DNA of 64,000 nucleotides from Candidatus Bilamarchaeaceae archaeon (GTDB lineage Archaea; Micrarchaeota; Micrarchaeia; Anstonellales; Bilamarchaeaceae). Both the position numbers and the translations under genes were made by a program. The DNA lies in NCBI GenBank assembly GCA_038870635.1, contig JAVZJR010000003.1, forward strand, positions 4,880 through 68,879, written 5' to 3'. The notes beneath the pieces are model-generated. The model did no database searches. It was not told where the DNA came from and saw nothing but the letters and a program-made list of their open reading frames with translations. Positions 38,417-47,963 of the stretch are shown here, piece by piece (the stretch's first letter is position 1; every line of letters begins with the position of its first letter).

Positions 38417-39007
38417 ATGGTTGTAGCAAAAGTTGCACCAAAAGAAAAAAAAGAAGAGACAGTAGACGAAATAATAGATAATTTTATAAAAATAGAAAGA
38501 GGAAAAGATGTAATTAGTTATTTCATTGGAAAAGAGGAAAAAATAAAATCCAATAAAGAAAAATTTATAGATAAATTGTACAACCGATTAGAAAAATATA
38601 TGCTTTCGGATGAAAAGAAAAGAGAAATCGTAAAAAAGAACAAAAAACAGATTATTCAAACTCTTAACAAGGATAAGTATTATACCAAATTGAAAGACTA
38701 TTTTCCAACCGAAGACGATGCTTTTGATTTTTATGTAGATAATGTTAAAAATATAGATGCGCTTTACAATAAAATAAAACTTAAGATTGACACTAAAGAA
38801 AAATTAGAAAGAATAAAGGAATTTTTAACTAATGAAGCACAAAAAGACGAACGAATAAAATCTGAATTAAGCGATTATGTCAAAATAAATTTTGAAAAGG
38901 CACGATACTCTGTTTTTGGGGCGATGCTTTATTTGCGAGCTAAAGAAAACCCAAAAAGTGAGCCGTGTGAAGAATCATTAATAAAAAAAGATGAGTTTAC
39001 ATTTTAG
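38417..39007 (+). CDS. ORFan protein (196 aa), Lys-rich
   Basis: SD GAGGTGA 8 nt upstream; 21-nt gap from the upstream gene. Confidence 0.65.
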   Translation: MVVAKVAPKEKKEETVDEIIDNFIKIERGKDVISYFIGKEEKIKSNKEKFIDKLYNRLEKYMLSDEKKREIVKKNKKQIIQTLNKDKYYTKLKDYFPTEDDAFDFYVDNVKNIDALYNKIKLKIDTKEKLERIKEFLTNEAQKDERIKSELSDYVKINFEKARYSVFGAMLYLRAKENPKSEPCEESLIKKDEFTF

Positions 39008-39068
39008 GATTGAAACCAAAAAACACCATCCAACAGGATTTTAAAATAGTTACTATAAATTATAAATT

Positions 39069-42000
39069 ATGGCTGATGGAAAAAAAACAATCAGCTTACG
39101 CTATAAAATAATTTCCAATATATTACTTGTTAGTTTATCAACTACAACTTTTTTCTCTCAGCCTAACTTTAAAAATCCTTTTAGGCTAAATGATGTTATG
39201 GCAGAGGGATATCGTGTCTCTAAACAACCACAGGAGATAGACATAAATAAAAAGATAGAAGAAATAACAAAGATAAACAATGAGAAAAAGAAAAACCAGA
39301 ATATAGAAGAATTGATAAATTATATTAATAAAAATAATAAAAATTTAAATAACTTTTTATCAACCTTCAAACAAACAACACTTAAAGCAATGGATGATCC
39401 TCAAGAATATCAAAAATTCCTTATCTATGTGCAAATAATAAATAAAATAGAACTACACAAAAATGAAAATTTCATTAGCATAGTAAAAGAAATAATAGAA
39501 AAAATTAAAGAGGAAAAAAAAGATATTTGGGAAGCTTATGATAAATATCTGAAGGATAAGGGTGAAAAACCAAAACTGACAACATTAATCAAAATAATAA
39601 ATGATATAAAAACAGGGGAAGATTCTTATCCGAACTATCTTAAAGAGGCCGTACTTGGGGGAAAAAAGGGAACACAGGAAATACCACCATCATTGATAAT
39701 ACCGACTCCAATCAAAAAGATTGATAAAGAAGATATAGAAAGCACATTAAAATTTGCAGAAAAAAGAATAGAATATGCTAAAGAAACCATACAACAACTT
39801 AAAGAAATGGCTAACGAAATAAAAAATAATGAAGAAAAAAAGAAGGTAGACGAAATTATTGCAAAATGGGAAGAAAAAATAGAAAATTATGAGAAGATCA
39901 TAAAAGAGAGTAAAGAAGCTTTCTATAAAACTTCTTATGAAAAAGAAGATGCGACGAAAATAAAAAACATAACAAAGATTGCAACAGAAATTGAAGAATT
40001 TATTAAAAATGAATTAGTTCATTCGAGCGACATAAGAATAACAAAACAATTTGCTTATCACCTTATAGGAGCAATGACCACCGGTACAGAAGGGGACTAC
40101 ACAGAAGTACAAAAACTTAAAGCTATTCTTGAAAACACGAAAACGATAGCACCAAAAAAATATGAATTTTGTATAATGCTTATTAAATCATTCGTGCAAG
40201 AGGTCTCACCGGATGTCTACAAAGCATTAGAAAGCATTAATTCTGAGAGAGCACTCAATATAGCGATAGCAGCAGTATTAACTGCAAATGATAGAGAATT
40301 ACAAAAAATAAAAGAACAATATGGCAATGATTTTGTATCTTATGTTTTAGGAAATAGAGAAAAAATAAATGAAAAAGAAATAAGAGAAGAAGCGAAAAAA
40401 AGGATAAACATTGACTTTGAAACTCCAATTACACAATCGCTTGCTTTGCTCGACGCAGTGAGAATTCTTAGAAATCGACTTACTTATATTCTAACATCAA
40501 CTGATTCATTAGAGAGTATGCAAAAAAACATCTCAAATTGGATGGAGAATTATAAAAAAATAGCAGGCAATGATCTTGCCTTACTCAACTTATTTTATGA
40601 TATCGATAAAATAGCCGAAACTGCGGGACTAAAAAAACCAACCAACACAGAGGAAGCAAAAAAACTATTTTTAGAGATTTTTAATTACCTCAATCAGAAC
40701 CAACAACAAACAAATATAGCTTCTGCTGATGCGATAACAAAATTTTATCTTTTAAAAGTAAGAGAGCTAGCAACCAAATACAATCTAGACGCAAAAGCAG
40801 TAGAAGCGATGGATATATCGATAATCGCCTTGGAAAAAATAGATCGTAAATTAATACCTGCTTTTTATGAGGATGTAGTTGTAGTATTAGCAAAAACACT
40901 AGAAGGTAGATCTGCTGAGTTCTCAGAATCATTACTAACTTTTAGCGGTCTTCTTCAAGCTCGCTATCCCACTGAAAGAGCAAATCTGTCATTTTTAGTT
41001 TTGGATGTAGAAGAAAAATTCAAAAAGGTATTTATATGGTTTAAAGAGAATATACCACAAGCAACAGCGAAAATGACTCATTATGAACTTATGGAAGAAA
41101 CAAGAGAAAGAAGTGAACTAACAGAATACGAAGTTTACCCCCCCTATAACTTATATGGATTAAAAGAATCAATATGGCAAAGACCATCTGCGGTCTATTT
41201 TCAGGATGTATTTTATAGATATGGAATTGATTATCTTCCAAATCCTCAAATTCCTTACCCTGCTACAATGCCTTATGGCCCATTGACAATAAACACAGAT
41301 GCAGAAGGACTTCACCTAAAATTAGACAACCAACTTAATCCATTCATTCCTACATTTGGAAGACCAACCTTAAGCGGAGATTTTAGGATTACTGCAGTTT
41401 CAAGAGCAGTCATGCTTGCAACAATAAGAAAAGCATTCGGTCAAATATCTATGTATTCTCCATATGAATTAATAGCGGCATATGGTGAAAGCGCAGGGTA
41501 TTATAGATGGGAAGAAAAAAAAGGAGGAAAAATAACTGAAACGATGGGGGCAGGCGGCCTCAGAGGTAAATATGAAGAAAGGCATCCTGCTGGTGGTTTA
41601 GCTGCACAAATAGTAGGTGAAAAAAGCACAACAACAAGAGAAGAAGGTGGTGGCACTGAGGAAATCAAAACAACAATTGGAAAAACAGATTTGTATGGAA
41701 CATTAACTGGCGGCGGTGTTGGATCCATAGTCACCGTGGCGGATAATTTAAGATTCACAGAAGAAGAAAGACCGAATAGCAAAAATGCTGCTATGAAAGC
41801 TACCATCAATCAATTAAGCGCATTATCACAAGAAAATGGACAAAGTTTGCTTGTTTATTTCCCTGATATTGAGACAGAGGAAAAAATAGTAAAAGATGAA
41901 AAAGGCGTGGAAAAAACAGAAAGTAAAAAAATAATGGGTGGGAAGGTCTACTATATTAATCCTCATGGTGATGTTTATCAGTTAGCACTTGGCCATAATG

Positions 42001-44294
42001 AGTTTGATGCTTTTAAGCAGTTCCTTTATGGAAGCATGGAAAAAGAAAACGTGCTCGCTAGCATGCGAAAATATGGCCAATGGGGTAAAACCGATATTGA
42101 AAATTTAGGTGGAGCGATTGGTTTTACTATTGGACCTATCGCTACGTTTGCCATGGAAGATGCAATTAGAAGGATAGGCGCGACAACCACAACAAAATAT
42201 GACGAAACTGTAGGGAGAAATGTAAGTGTTGTTGATTTCACAAAACTTGAAGCAGTTGGGTATAGCGGTGTTCCGCTTGCAATGGCATTTAATACATTAG
42301 AAAATGGGACTTTTGCTTTTATAACCAGATTCTCAACGCCTGTAGAAACAGTGACTAAAGAAAGTACATCAAAAACAGGACCAGCATATGAAAAAGGCAT
42401 CTATAACTTAGAAATGATAATAAGGAATATACAGCCACAAAGAGAATATGAAGTAAGAGTAATGGGAGGCTGGCCTGGAGATTTTGGTGTGCTTTATAAA
42501 ATAGGTAAAAAGGAGGGAGAGAAGGAAACGCGATGGCTTGCTAAAGCATCTACATCTACTTATATTCTTTATTCTGATCTTTTCACCTATGAAAGAGAAG
42601 CACAAACAGTTGCAGAGTATGTTAGAACAACAATGGGCGAATTGTATAATTGGAGCGAAGATAGAAAAACAATGGAAGGACATTTTATTGGTTTTACATT
42701 GATGAATGCTGCAATTTCAGATACTATGGAGAAATATACAAAGCTTTCTGACATGGGATGGGATAATACTTATTTCACAGTCGTGGGATCATATTATGCT
42801 AAAAAGTTTGGTATGTTCGGTGGTTTAGAAAGAACACCAGGATATGGTAATCAAATAAATCAATTAACACTGCTAATAGAACAACGAAGACAAGAGATGT
42901 TGCAATATCCTGAGAGGGCTGAAGAAATAGCAAAATCATTGGATGAAGAGATAAAGAGGATGAGGAATACCAAGTTTTGGAAACCAGTTGTTGGTATGCA
43001 ATGGGACCCAGAAACATTCCAAGTCAGACTTATAGGAAAAGCAGAAATAGCAGAGTACAAGGAGAAAGGTATCGACCTTGGCTATTCATTATTTGGCGGA
43101 AACTTTTTTGTTGGACATAAGAAAGGAATGCAACCTTACTTTGAATTATCAGCTAATACTCTGAGGTATAACCAAAATGCCTATCTTGATTTATTATTTG
43201 CTTTGGGAGCTGCAAAAGTAAACTGGAAACCTTCAAGCACATTTACATTTTATACAAGTGAGAAAGATAATTTAGAAGGCATTATGAAGTGGTTGAAAAA
43301 CAACAAAAAAGAATATTTAACTGCGTTGTTCACAAAATACTATAAACTCGATCAAAATCTCGAAAAAATAGAAAATTATAAAGTAGAGATGGCCAAACAT
43401 CTCAAAGAAGAAGGAGGGGCAAAAGTATATTATATTCTTTTTGACCAAGCTAGAGAGATAATTTTTATAGGAAATGAAAAAGATAGAGAGAGTTGGATTG
43501 ATAAATTCCTTGAAGAAGGTAAAGATTTCTTTGTGCTCCATGCAGAAAAAGAAAAAGATGGGACGAAAATAACAATAGAAACAGCAAATGTCAACGAAAG
43601 CAAAATTATGCCAAGAATGAAGTTAATAGGCAGCGTCCCGCTTAAAATGTATGAAAAAGAAACAGAAAGGGTTGGAGGAGTGGGAGCACTTTTGGCCGAT
43701 GTATTCACTAACTACAAACAACAATGGCTTATGGCGTTAGTGGCAGGAAAAAGAATATTTGAAAATGAAGATTGGTCACAGTATAGTTTTGTTGTTTCAA
43801 CAAAATGGAACAATGTTAATCTTGCCAACATTCAAGATAAAATGTATGGCTACGTTGTGATAAATCACATAACAAAAGAAATCAGTGTTATTACACCTGA
43901 AGAAATGAAAGAAGAGATAAAGAGGACAACTGGTGCGACAGGAATAACTTGGGCGCGGTTTGATGGTATTCTAGGTGAAACAGCAAAGCTAAACTTTTAT
44001 CTTGAGGCAGGTGTTGAAGAATATACAACATCTATCCAAAAAATAGGTGAAGCATCAAAATATTATAATGAGAAACTGATAGGTAGGTTAGGATTAAGTT
44101 ATGATTGGAAACAACAACTATACGGATACCCAGCATGGCTAACAATAGGAATAGTCGGATACGTTGGTTATTGGCCTCTTTTAGGCGTACCTACAAATAT
44201 AACTGATATAAGAACGCTAATGCAACAACCATTCTATGGCGCTCCTAATTATGATACAAGAGGAGTTATGTTCTATATTGGTGGAAGTTTCTAA
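39069..44294 (+). CDS. giant ORFan envelope protein (1741 aa): signal-like N-terminus, coiled coil, helical region, Pro-rich linker, beta-rich C-terminus
   Basis: 5.2-kb uninterrupted ORF; 'IISNILLVSLSTTTFF' h-region; ends 'RGVMFYIGGSF'. Confidence 0.8.
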   Translation: MADGKKTISLRYKIISNILLVSLSTTTFFSQPNFKNPFRLNDVMAEGYRVSKQPQEIDINKKIEEITKINNEKKKNQNIEELINYINKNNKNLNNFLSTFKQTTLKAMDDPQEYQKFLIYVQIINKIELHKNENFISIVKEIIEKIKEEKKDIWEAYDKYLKDKGEKPKLTTLIKIINDIKTGEDSYPNYLKEAVLGGKKGTQEIPPSLIIPTPIKKIDKEDIESTLKFAEKRIEYAKETIQQLKEMANEIKNNEEKKKVDEIIAKWEEKIENYEKIIKESKEAFYKTSYEKEDATKIKNITKIATEIEEFIKNELVHSSDIRITKQFAYHLIGAMTTGTEGDYTEVQKLKAILENTKTIAPKKYEFCIMLIKSFVQEVSPDVYKALESINSERALNIAIAAVLTANDRELQKIKEQYGNDFVSYVLGNREKINEKEIREEAKKRINIDFETPITQSLALLDAVRILRNRLTYILTSTDSLESMQKNISNWMENYKKIAGNDLALLNLFYDIDKIAETAGLKKPTNTEEAKKLFLEIFNYLNQNQQQTNIASADAITKFYLLKVRELATKYNLDAKAVEAMDISIIALEKIDRKLIPAFYEDVVVVLAKTLEGRSAEFSESLLTFSGLLQARYPTERANLSFLVLDVEEKFKKVFIWFKENIPQATAKMTHYELMEETRERSELTEYEVYPPYNLYGLKESIWQRPSAVYFQDVFYRYGIDYLPNPQIPYPATMPYGPLTINTDAEGLHLKLDNQLNPFIPTFGRPTLSGDFRITAVSRAVMLATIRKAFGQISMYSPYELIAAYGESAGYYRWEEKKGGKITETMGAGGLRGKYEERHPAGGLAAQIVGEKSTTTREEGGGTEEIKTTIGKTDLYGTLTGGGVGSIVTVADNLRFTEEERPNSKNAAMKATINQLSALSQENGQSLLVYFPDIETEEKIVKDEKGVEKTESKKIMGGKVYYINPHGDVYQLALGHNEFDAFKQFLYGSMEKENVLASMRKYGQWGKTDIENLGGAIGFTIGPIATFAMEDAIRRIGATTTTKYDETVGRNVSVVDFTKLEAVGYSGVPLAMAFNTLENGTFAFITRFSTPVETVTKESTSKTGPAYEKGIYNLEMIIRNIQPQREYEVRVMGGWPGDFGVLYKIGKKEGEKETRWLAKASTSTYILYSDLFTYEREAQTVAEYVRTTMGELYNWSEDRKTMEGHFIGFTLMNAAISDTMEKYTKLSDMGWDNTYFTVVGSYYAKKFGMFGGLERTPGYGNQINQLTLLIEQRRQEMLQYPERAEEIAKSLDEEIKRMRNTKFWKPVVGMQWDPETFQVRLIGKAEIAEYKEKGIDLGYSLFGGNFFVGHKKGMQPYFELSANTLRYNQNAYLDLLFALGAAKVNWKPSSTFTFYTSEKDNLEGIMKWLKNNKKEYLTALFTKYYKLDQNLEKIENYKVEMAKHLKEEGGAKVYYILFDQAREIIFIGNEKDRESWIDKFLEEGKDFFVLHAEKEKDGTKITIETANVNESKIMPRMKLIGSVPLKMYEKETERVGGVGALLADVFTNYKQQWLMALVAGKRIFENEDWSQYSFVVSTKWNNVNLANIQDKMYGYVVINHITKEISVITPEEMKEEIKRTTGATGITWARFDGILGETAKLNFYLEAGVEEYTTSIQKIGEASKYYNEKLIGRLGLSYDWKQQLYGYPAWLTIGIVGYVGYWPLLGVPTNITDIRTLMQQPFYGAPNYDTRGVMFYIGGSF

Positions 44295-44351
44295 TTATGG
44301 AGCAAAGTTTTCAGATAAATTAGTAGTATAGTTAAAAACCAGTTTTAAAAC

Positions 44352-44580
44352 GAGCGTAAGCCTTTGCCATCGATAGCTATGCTATCGAGCTGTAAACGTA
44401 TAGACGTTTACACAAGGAGATGATAGAAGTCAAAGGCTTCGTAAGAAGCAAAGAAAATAGGAGAAAACATAAAACGGCTGCGGTGGCCGATGAAAACATA
44501 AGTCCACCGCACATAGAAAACATTAGAAATACAGAGAAAACAGTAAGAAGCAATGAAAACAGTAAGAATAACTAAAAACG
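44352..44580. repeat. conserved GC-stemmed noncoding element, copy 2 (with a net ~46-nt two-hairpin expansion)
   Basis: Aligns with 23162-23345; extra perfect hairpins CGATAGC/GCTATCG (44371-87) and GTAAACG/CGTTTAC (44392-411) lie inside the stem-A loop; abuts the tRNA-Arg 3' end. Confidence 0.8.
44574..44578 (-). terminator. T5 run after tRNA-Arg
   Basis: A5 on the plus strand directly after the discriminator base; it lies inside repeat copy 2. Confidence 0.4.
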
Positions 44581-44678
44581 GGCCTGGCAGGATTTGAACC
44601 CACAACCGCCTGGTCACTCCTACAATCAGGAGAGTGCATCCGAAGCCAGGCGCTCTATCCAAGTTGAGCTACAGGCCC
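44579..44678 (-). tRNA. tRNA-Arg(UCG) with a 25-nt intron at position 37/38
   Basis: Minus-strand read GGGCCTG-TA-GCTC..GAGC-G-CCTGG-CTTCGG[intron]A-CCAGG-CGGTT-GTGGG-TTCAAAT-CCTGC-CAGGCCC-G; the T-stem needs two G-U pairs. Confidence 0.8.
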
Positions 44679-44712
44679 TTTTTATTAAATTAGAGTAATT
44701 TGTTTAAATTGA

Positions 44713-45294
44713 TTATCTTTTTTCAATAAAATTCATTACAAGAGGTATAAGGTAAAATGTTGCGGCAAAACCAGCAAACGCACCAGTTAAAAATCGGATA
44801 GTATTCGTACTTTCATAGTGGCCTACTAAATTTAATACACCAAGAAGTTGAAGCCCACCATCTATAGCCAATGGTATTAGTGCTAAAATAAAATAAATAG
44901 GCGGAAGAACCTCATCGCTGTCCCATTTTCTTAAAAGCGGATAGATAAATGCGGCAATCAGCATCATTCCATATATACCAGTATCACGAGAACAAAAAGC
45001 GATTTTGTATCCAATTTTACCTTCGTATTCTGTTTTTATTATCTTATTATCATTAGGTATGAATTTACCTAGCTGGGGTGTGCAATCTCCTATATTAAGT
45101 GGGTTGTCATCAAATACACAAAATGAACGAGAAATTTTTTGATGGCAAGTGGGCGCATATATTTCATATATCATATTTGCAATTTTTTCATCTTTAAATG
45201 CCACGAAAGGGGCTAAAAAAGCCCCACCAACAAATCCTATTAATAAAATAACATATGAGATGTAAAATAATTTTTTTATAGTTTTTTTATCCAT
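44713..45294 (-). CDS. DUF2085 membrane protein
   Basis: 'APTCHQKISRSF' and 'AFCSRDTGIYG' Cys motifs plus TM helices. Confidence 0.7.
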   Translation of the reverse strand: MDKKTIKKLFYISYVILLIGFVGGAFLAPFVAFKDEKIANMIYEIYAPTCHQKISRSFCVFDDNPLNIGDCTPQLGKFIPNDNKIIKTEYEGKIGYKIAFCSRDTGIYGMMLIAAFIYPLLRKWDSDEVLPPIYFILALIPLAIDGGLQLLGVLNLVGHYESTNTIRFLTGAFAGFAATFYLIPLVMNFIEKR

Positions 45295-46263
45295 CTACAA
45301 CACCACTATTCTTTTTCCATCATGGTATACTGTGTTTTCGTATCTCAATCCATACTCTTTAGTGTAAACACCAGGCTCTATCGTAAATGTTGTTTGTATT
45401 ATGTCGTCATTATATTTCTTACCAAATCGTGGATACTCGTGCACCTCTAGTCCTATACCATGCCCAATTGAGTGGAGCGGAGCCGGAAATCCTGCTTTTT
45501 TGTTAAGCATTTGGTAATACTCACTTATTTCTTTGCTGCTTTTCATTTTTCCACATTTCTCTACTATTGTTTCTGATATTTTTTTTAGAGTTTCATATTT
45601 TTCTTTCAGCTTTTTCCCTTTTTCTGTATCAAAAAAATAACAACGAGTGACATCTGCGCAGTACTTTTTATATTTCACTCCATAATCAATAAGTACATAA
45701 TCTTCTATTTTTTTTCTTGTGCAGAGTGCATGAGGAGTGGATGCATTTTTACCTGTTGCCACAATCGGTAAAAAAGCAGGTTCTAAACCGTTTTTATAAG
45801 TCTCTAAAATTATCTCTTCCGCTATCTCTTTTTCGCTTTTGTTCTCACATCGCGAGAATTTTTCTATTATATCTAAAGTAAATCGCACAGCTTTTTTTAT
45901 CTTTGAAATTTCTTTTTTTGTTTTTTTTGCCCTTCTTTTGTAAAGTTCATCAGTTGCATCTTCTGCAAAATCCTTACCGCAAATTTTTTTGTATATTCTT
46001 AATGGGATCGAAGAATCTACTCTAAATTTTTTTCCTAATCTTTTTTTTGTTTCTTCAAAGATATCCTCAGCTATTACAAAATCACCATTAAATCCGTTTT
46101 TTAGACCTCTGTTAAGCACGTTTGTTATTATCGTTTTCTTTTGCCCATCCAAAATCAAAAAAGCATGAGTGATGCCTAATTTAGAATAATAATAAAAATT
46201 TGGATTTAATGTATCGCCATTGTATATTAATATTTTAGACTTCATATGTTTTTTTCCCACCAT
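45295..46263 (-). CDS. M24-family Xaa-Pro peptidase
   Basis: 'DYGVKYKKYCADVTR', 'HSIGHGIGLEVHEYP', 'TIEPGVY' metal-ligand motifs. Confidence 0.85.
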   Translation of the reverse strand: MVGKKHMKSKILIYNGDTLNPNFYYYSKLGITHAFLILDGQKKTIITNVLNRGLKNGFNGDFVIAEDIFEETKKRLGKKFRVDSSIPLRIYKKICGKDFAEDATDELYKRRAKKTKKEISKIKKAVRFTLDIIEKFSRCENKSEKEIAEEIILETYKNGLEPAFLPIVATGKNASTPHALCTRKKIEDYVLIDYGVKYKKYCADVTRCYFFDTEKGKKLKEKYETLKKISETIVEKCGKMKSSKEISEYYQMLNKKAGFPAPLHSIGHGIGLEVHEYPRFGKKYNDDIIQTTFTIEPGVYTKEYGLRYENTVYHDGKRIVVL

Positions 46264-46540
46264 TTTCTATCGTAAGTTGTGCTGGTTCGCTACTTAATTC
46301 ATAAATAAATTCTACTTTTTCTCCTTTTTTTATGTTCTGTCTACCGAATTTTACTTCTCCTCTTTTTTGTTTTATTTGTAGTTCAATAGATTTTATATCT
46401 TTATGAGCCTGGAATATAAAAGTAACACGATCTCCTGTAATCTCTTTTTTCCATTCATACGGTTTTTGAATAAATAACAGTATCGCAAAAATCAGGATTA
46501 AAGCTATTATAATTATAAAAACTAATACAGTCTCGATCAT
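46235..46540 (-). CDS. hypothetical protein with an N-terminal TM anchor (101 aa)
   Basis: 'VLVFIIIIALILIFAILLFI' followed by a beta-rich segment; tightly packed in the operon. Confidence 0.5.
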   Translation of the reverse strand: MIETVLVFIIIIALILIFAILLFIQKPYEWKKEITGDRVTFIFQAHKDIKSIELQIKQKRGEVKFGRQNIKKGEKVEFIYELSSEPAQLTIENGGKKTYEV

Positions 46541-46960
46541 CTAAACAAACCCCAACCAATCTTTACCTTTTGTAGTTATTACCTGTATACCATTTTGTTT
46601 TAGTTTATTTTTTAATTTTTTGTCATTTGTACAAACGATAGCATTTTTTTCTTTTGCGTATTTTTCTACCCAGTTATCCACTCTCATGTTGGAATCAATT
46701 ATTTCTAAATCCTTTCTTGATGATAATATTTTCAATCCTAACTTTGCAGCTGCGCCGGTTTTTCCTTTGTTTTCTGCGAGTTGTTCAAGTTCTTTGATTA
46801 TTCCTTTACTAATGATGTATTTGTGTTGTTCTTCAACAATCTGATCAATGAGTCGAAATATGTCTATCTTATTTTGATAAGGAAGAAGAAAAAAATTTGT
46901 GTCCACTATTACTACTCTGCTCATATGCCTTCCTATGATAGAAAGGTTTTTAATTATCAA
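46541..46960 (-). CDS. Fcf1/Utp24-like PIN-domain nuclease
   Basis: 'VVIVDTNFFLLPYQNKIDIF', 'ISKGIIKELEQL', 'IVCTNDKKLKNKLKQNGIQVI'; the start may be ATG 46924. Confidence 0.7.
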   Translation of the reverse strand: MIIKNLSIIGRHMSRVVIVDTNFFLLPYQNKIDIFRLIDQIVEEQHKYIISKGIIKELEQLAENKGKTGAAAKLGLKILSSRKDLEIIDSNMRVDNWVEKYAKEKNAIVCTNDKKLKNKLKQNGIQVITTKGKDWLGFV

Positions 46961-46990
46961 CCTATATATTAGTCCAAAAGGTGATAATGT

Positions 46991-47242
46991 ATGGCGACTA
47001 GGTTATCAAAAATGTATAATATGGAGATTTTTACCGACACTGGTAAATATGTCGGTAATGCACAGGATTTCATCCTTGATTTTGAAAGTGGCGAAGTTAT
47101 AAGAATTCTCACAGAGAATCTTCCTTCTGCACGTGAAGATGTTAGAAAAGCATTGAGGGAAAAGAGTATAATGTATAAAAGCGTTAAATCTGTGGAAGAT
47201 GTTATAGTTATTTCAAAAATAAACCCATCACCAGTTGAGTAG
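46991..47242 (+). CDS. PRC-barrel domain protein
   Basis: 83 aa; 'MEIFTDTGKYVGNAQDFILDFESGEVIRIL' pattern. Confidence 0.6.
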   Translation: MATRLSKMYNMEIFTDTGKYVGNAQDFILDFESGEVIRILTENLPSAREDVRKALREKSIMYKSVKSVEDVIVISKINPSPVE

Positions 47243-47255
47243 ATTGGTGATTTAA

Positions 47256-47441
47256 ATGGGCGAATCTCTTCGGAAGTGGGTAGCTGTTATAGGAGGGTTG
47301 GGTATAGGAATAGGCATTACATACCTCCTAAAAACCATAGAAGTTTTTACCATTAGCGATGAAATGTGGATTGGTTTGGGTGTTTTACTTTCTTTATGTG
47401 TCGGTGTTTCACTCTTTTTTATGATGAAGGGCGGCGGTTAA
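47256..47441 (+). CDS. hypothetical small membrane protein (61 aa)
   Basis: Two hydrophobic helices; SD GGTGAT upstream. Confidence 0.4.
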   Translation: MGESLRKWVAVIGGLGIGIGITYLLKTIEVFTISDEMWIGLGVLLSLCVGVSLFFMMKGGG

Positions 47442-47963
47442 TAATTTTTTTATTTTCATTTTTAAACTCTTTTTTTCAGGTTTTACTTCGATTATTCCTT
47501 CATTTGGTTGTCCGTAAAGAATAATATGATTTTTACCTGCCTTAAGCATAAATGCAAGAGCAGTTATGTCTTCCTCCCCGTAAATTTTCACCAATCCGCC
47601 AGTACTAAGATGTTTTTTTGCATTTTTTAATATAAAGGTAGAGAGAGTGCCAGGTGGGTTTTTATATTTTGCCTTTATCTTACCAAACGCCGCTATTATT
47701 TTTTTCTTATCTCTAGCTTTAATCTTTTTTCTTTTTATTCTGAAATCGCATACCGCGAGATAGGGTTTTTTGTTTATTTTTATTAAGCGAAGGGTTGTCT
47801 CATCACCGATTGCTACTATTTTTCTTTTTGTCTTTATATTTTCCACAGTCGTCTTCTTTCCAAATGGTTTTTTTAGTTGGGCCCTATTCTTACCACTAAA
47901 TACTATGTACAAAAAACCGCCCGCAGGTGGATTAATCGTTAGCGTATTTTTCTGCATATTCAC
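47409..47963 (-). CDS. DUF359-family protein (archaeal GTP-dependent dephospho-CoA kinase type)
   Basis: 'VAIGDETTLRLIKINKKPYLAVCDFRIKRK' and 'IYGEEDITALAFML...ILYGQPNEGII' pattern. Confidence 0.6.
   Translation of the reverse strand: MNMQKNTLTINPPAGGFLYIVFSGKNRAQLKKPFGKKTTVENIKTKRKIVAIGDETTLRLIKINKKPYLAVCDFRIKRKKIKARDKKKIIAAFGKIKAKYKNPPGTLSTFILKNAKKHLSTGGLVKIYGEEDITALAFMLKAGKNHIILYGQPNEGIIEVKPEKKSLKMKIKKLLTAALHHKKE

Noticed and set aside
38410-38481. A 23-aa basic ORF (MLNGCSKSCTKRKKRRDSRRNNR) starting 1 nt after the SD.
   Set aside because: The SD-to-ATG spacing is too short, and the same SD is correctly spaced for ATG 38417 of the 196-aa gene.
23162-44580. The two direct repeats as att sites flanking an integrated element next to a tRNA.
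   Set aside because: The 21 kb between them carries core genes (GS homologue, proteasome beta, aCPSF1, RNase P RNA, GGGPS, thermosome) and no integrase. The repeat stops at the tRNA 3' end and duplicates no part of the tRNA.
44408-44662. An 84-aa minus-strand ORF spanning repeat copy 2 and tRNA-Arg.
   Set aside because: It starts inside the tRNA gene. The equivalent frame in repeat copy 1 gives no ORF of comparable length, and the differences between copies show no coding pattern.
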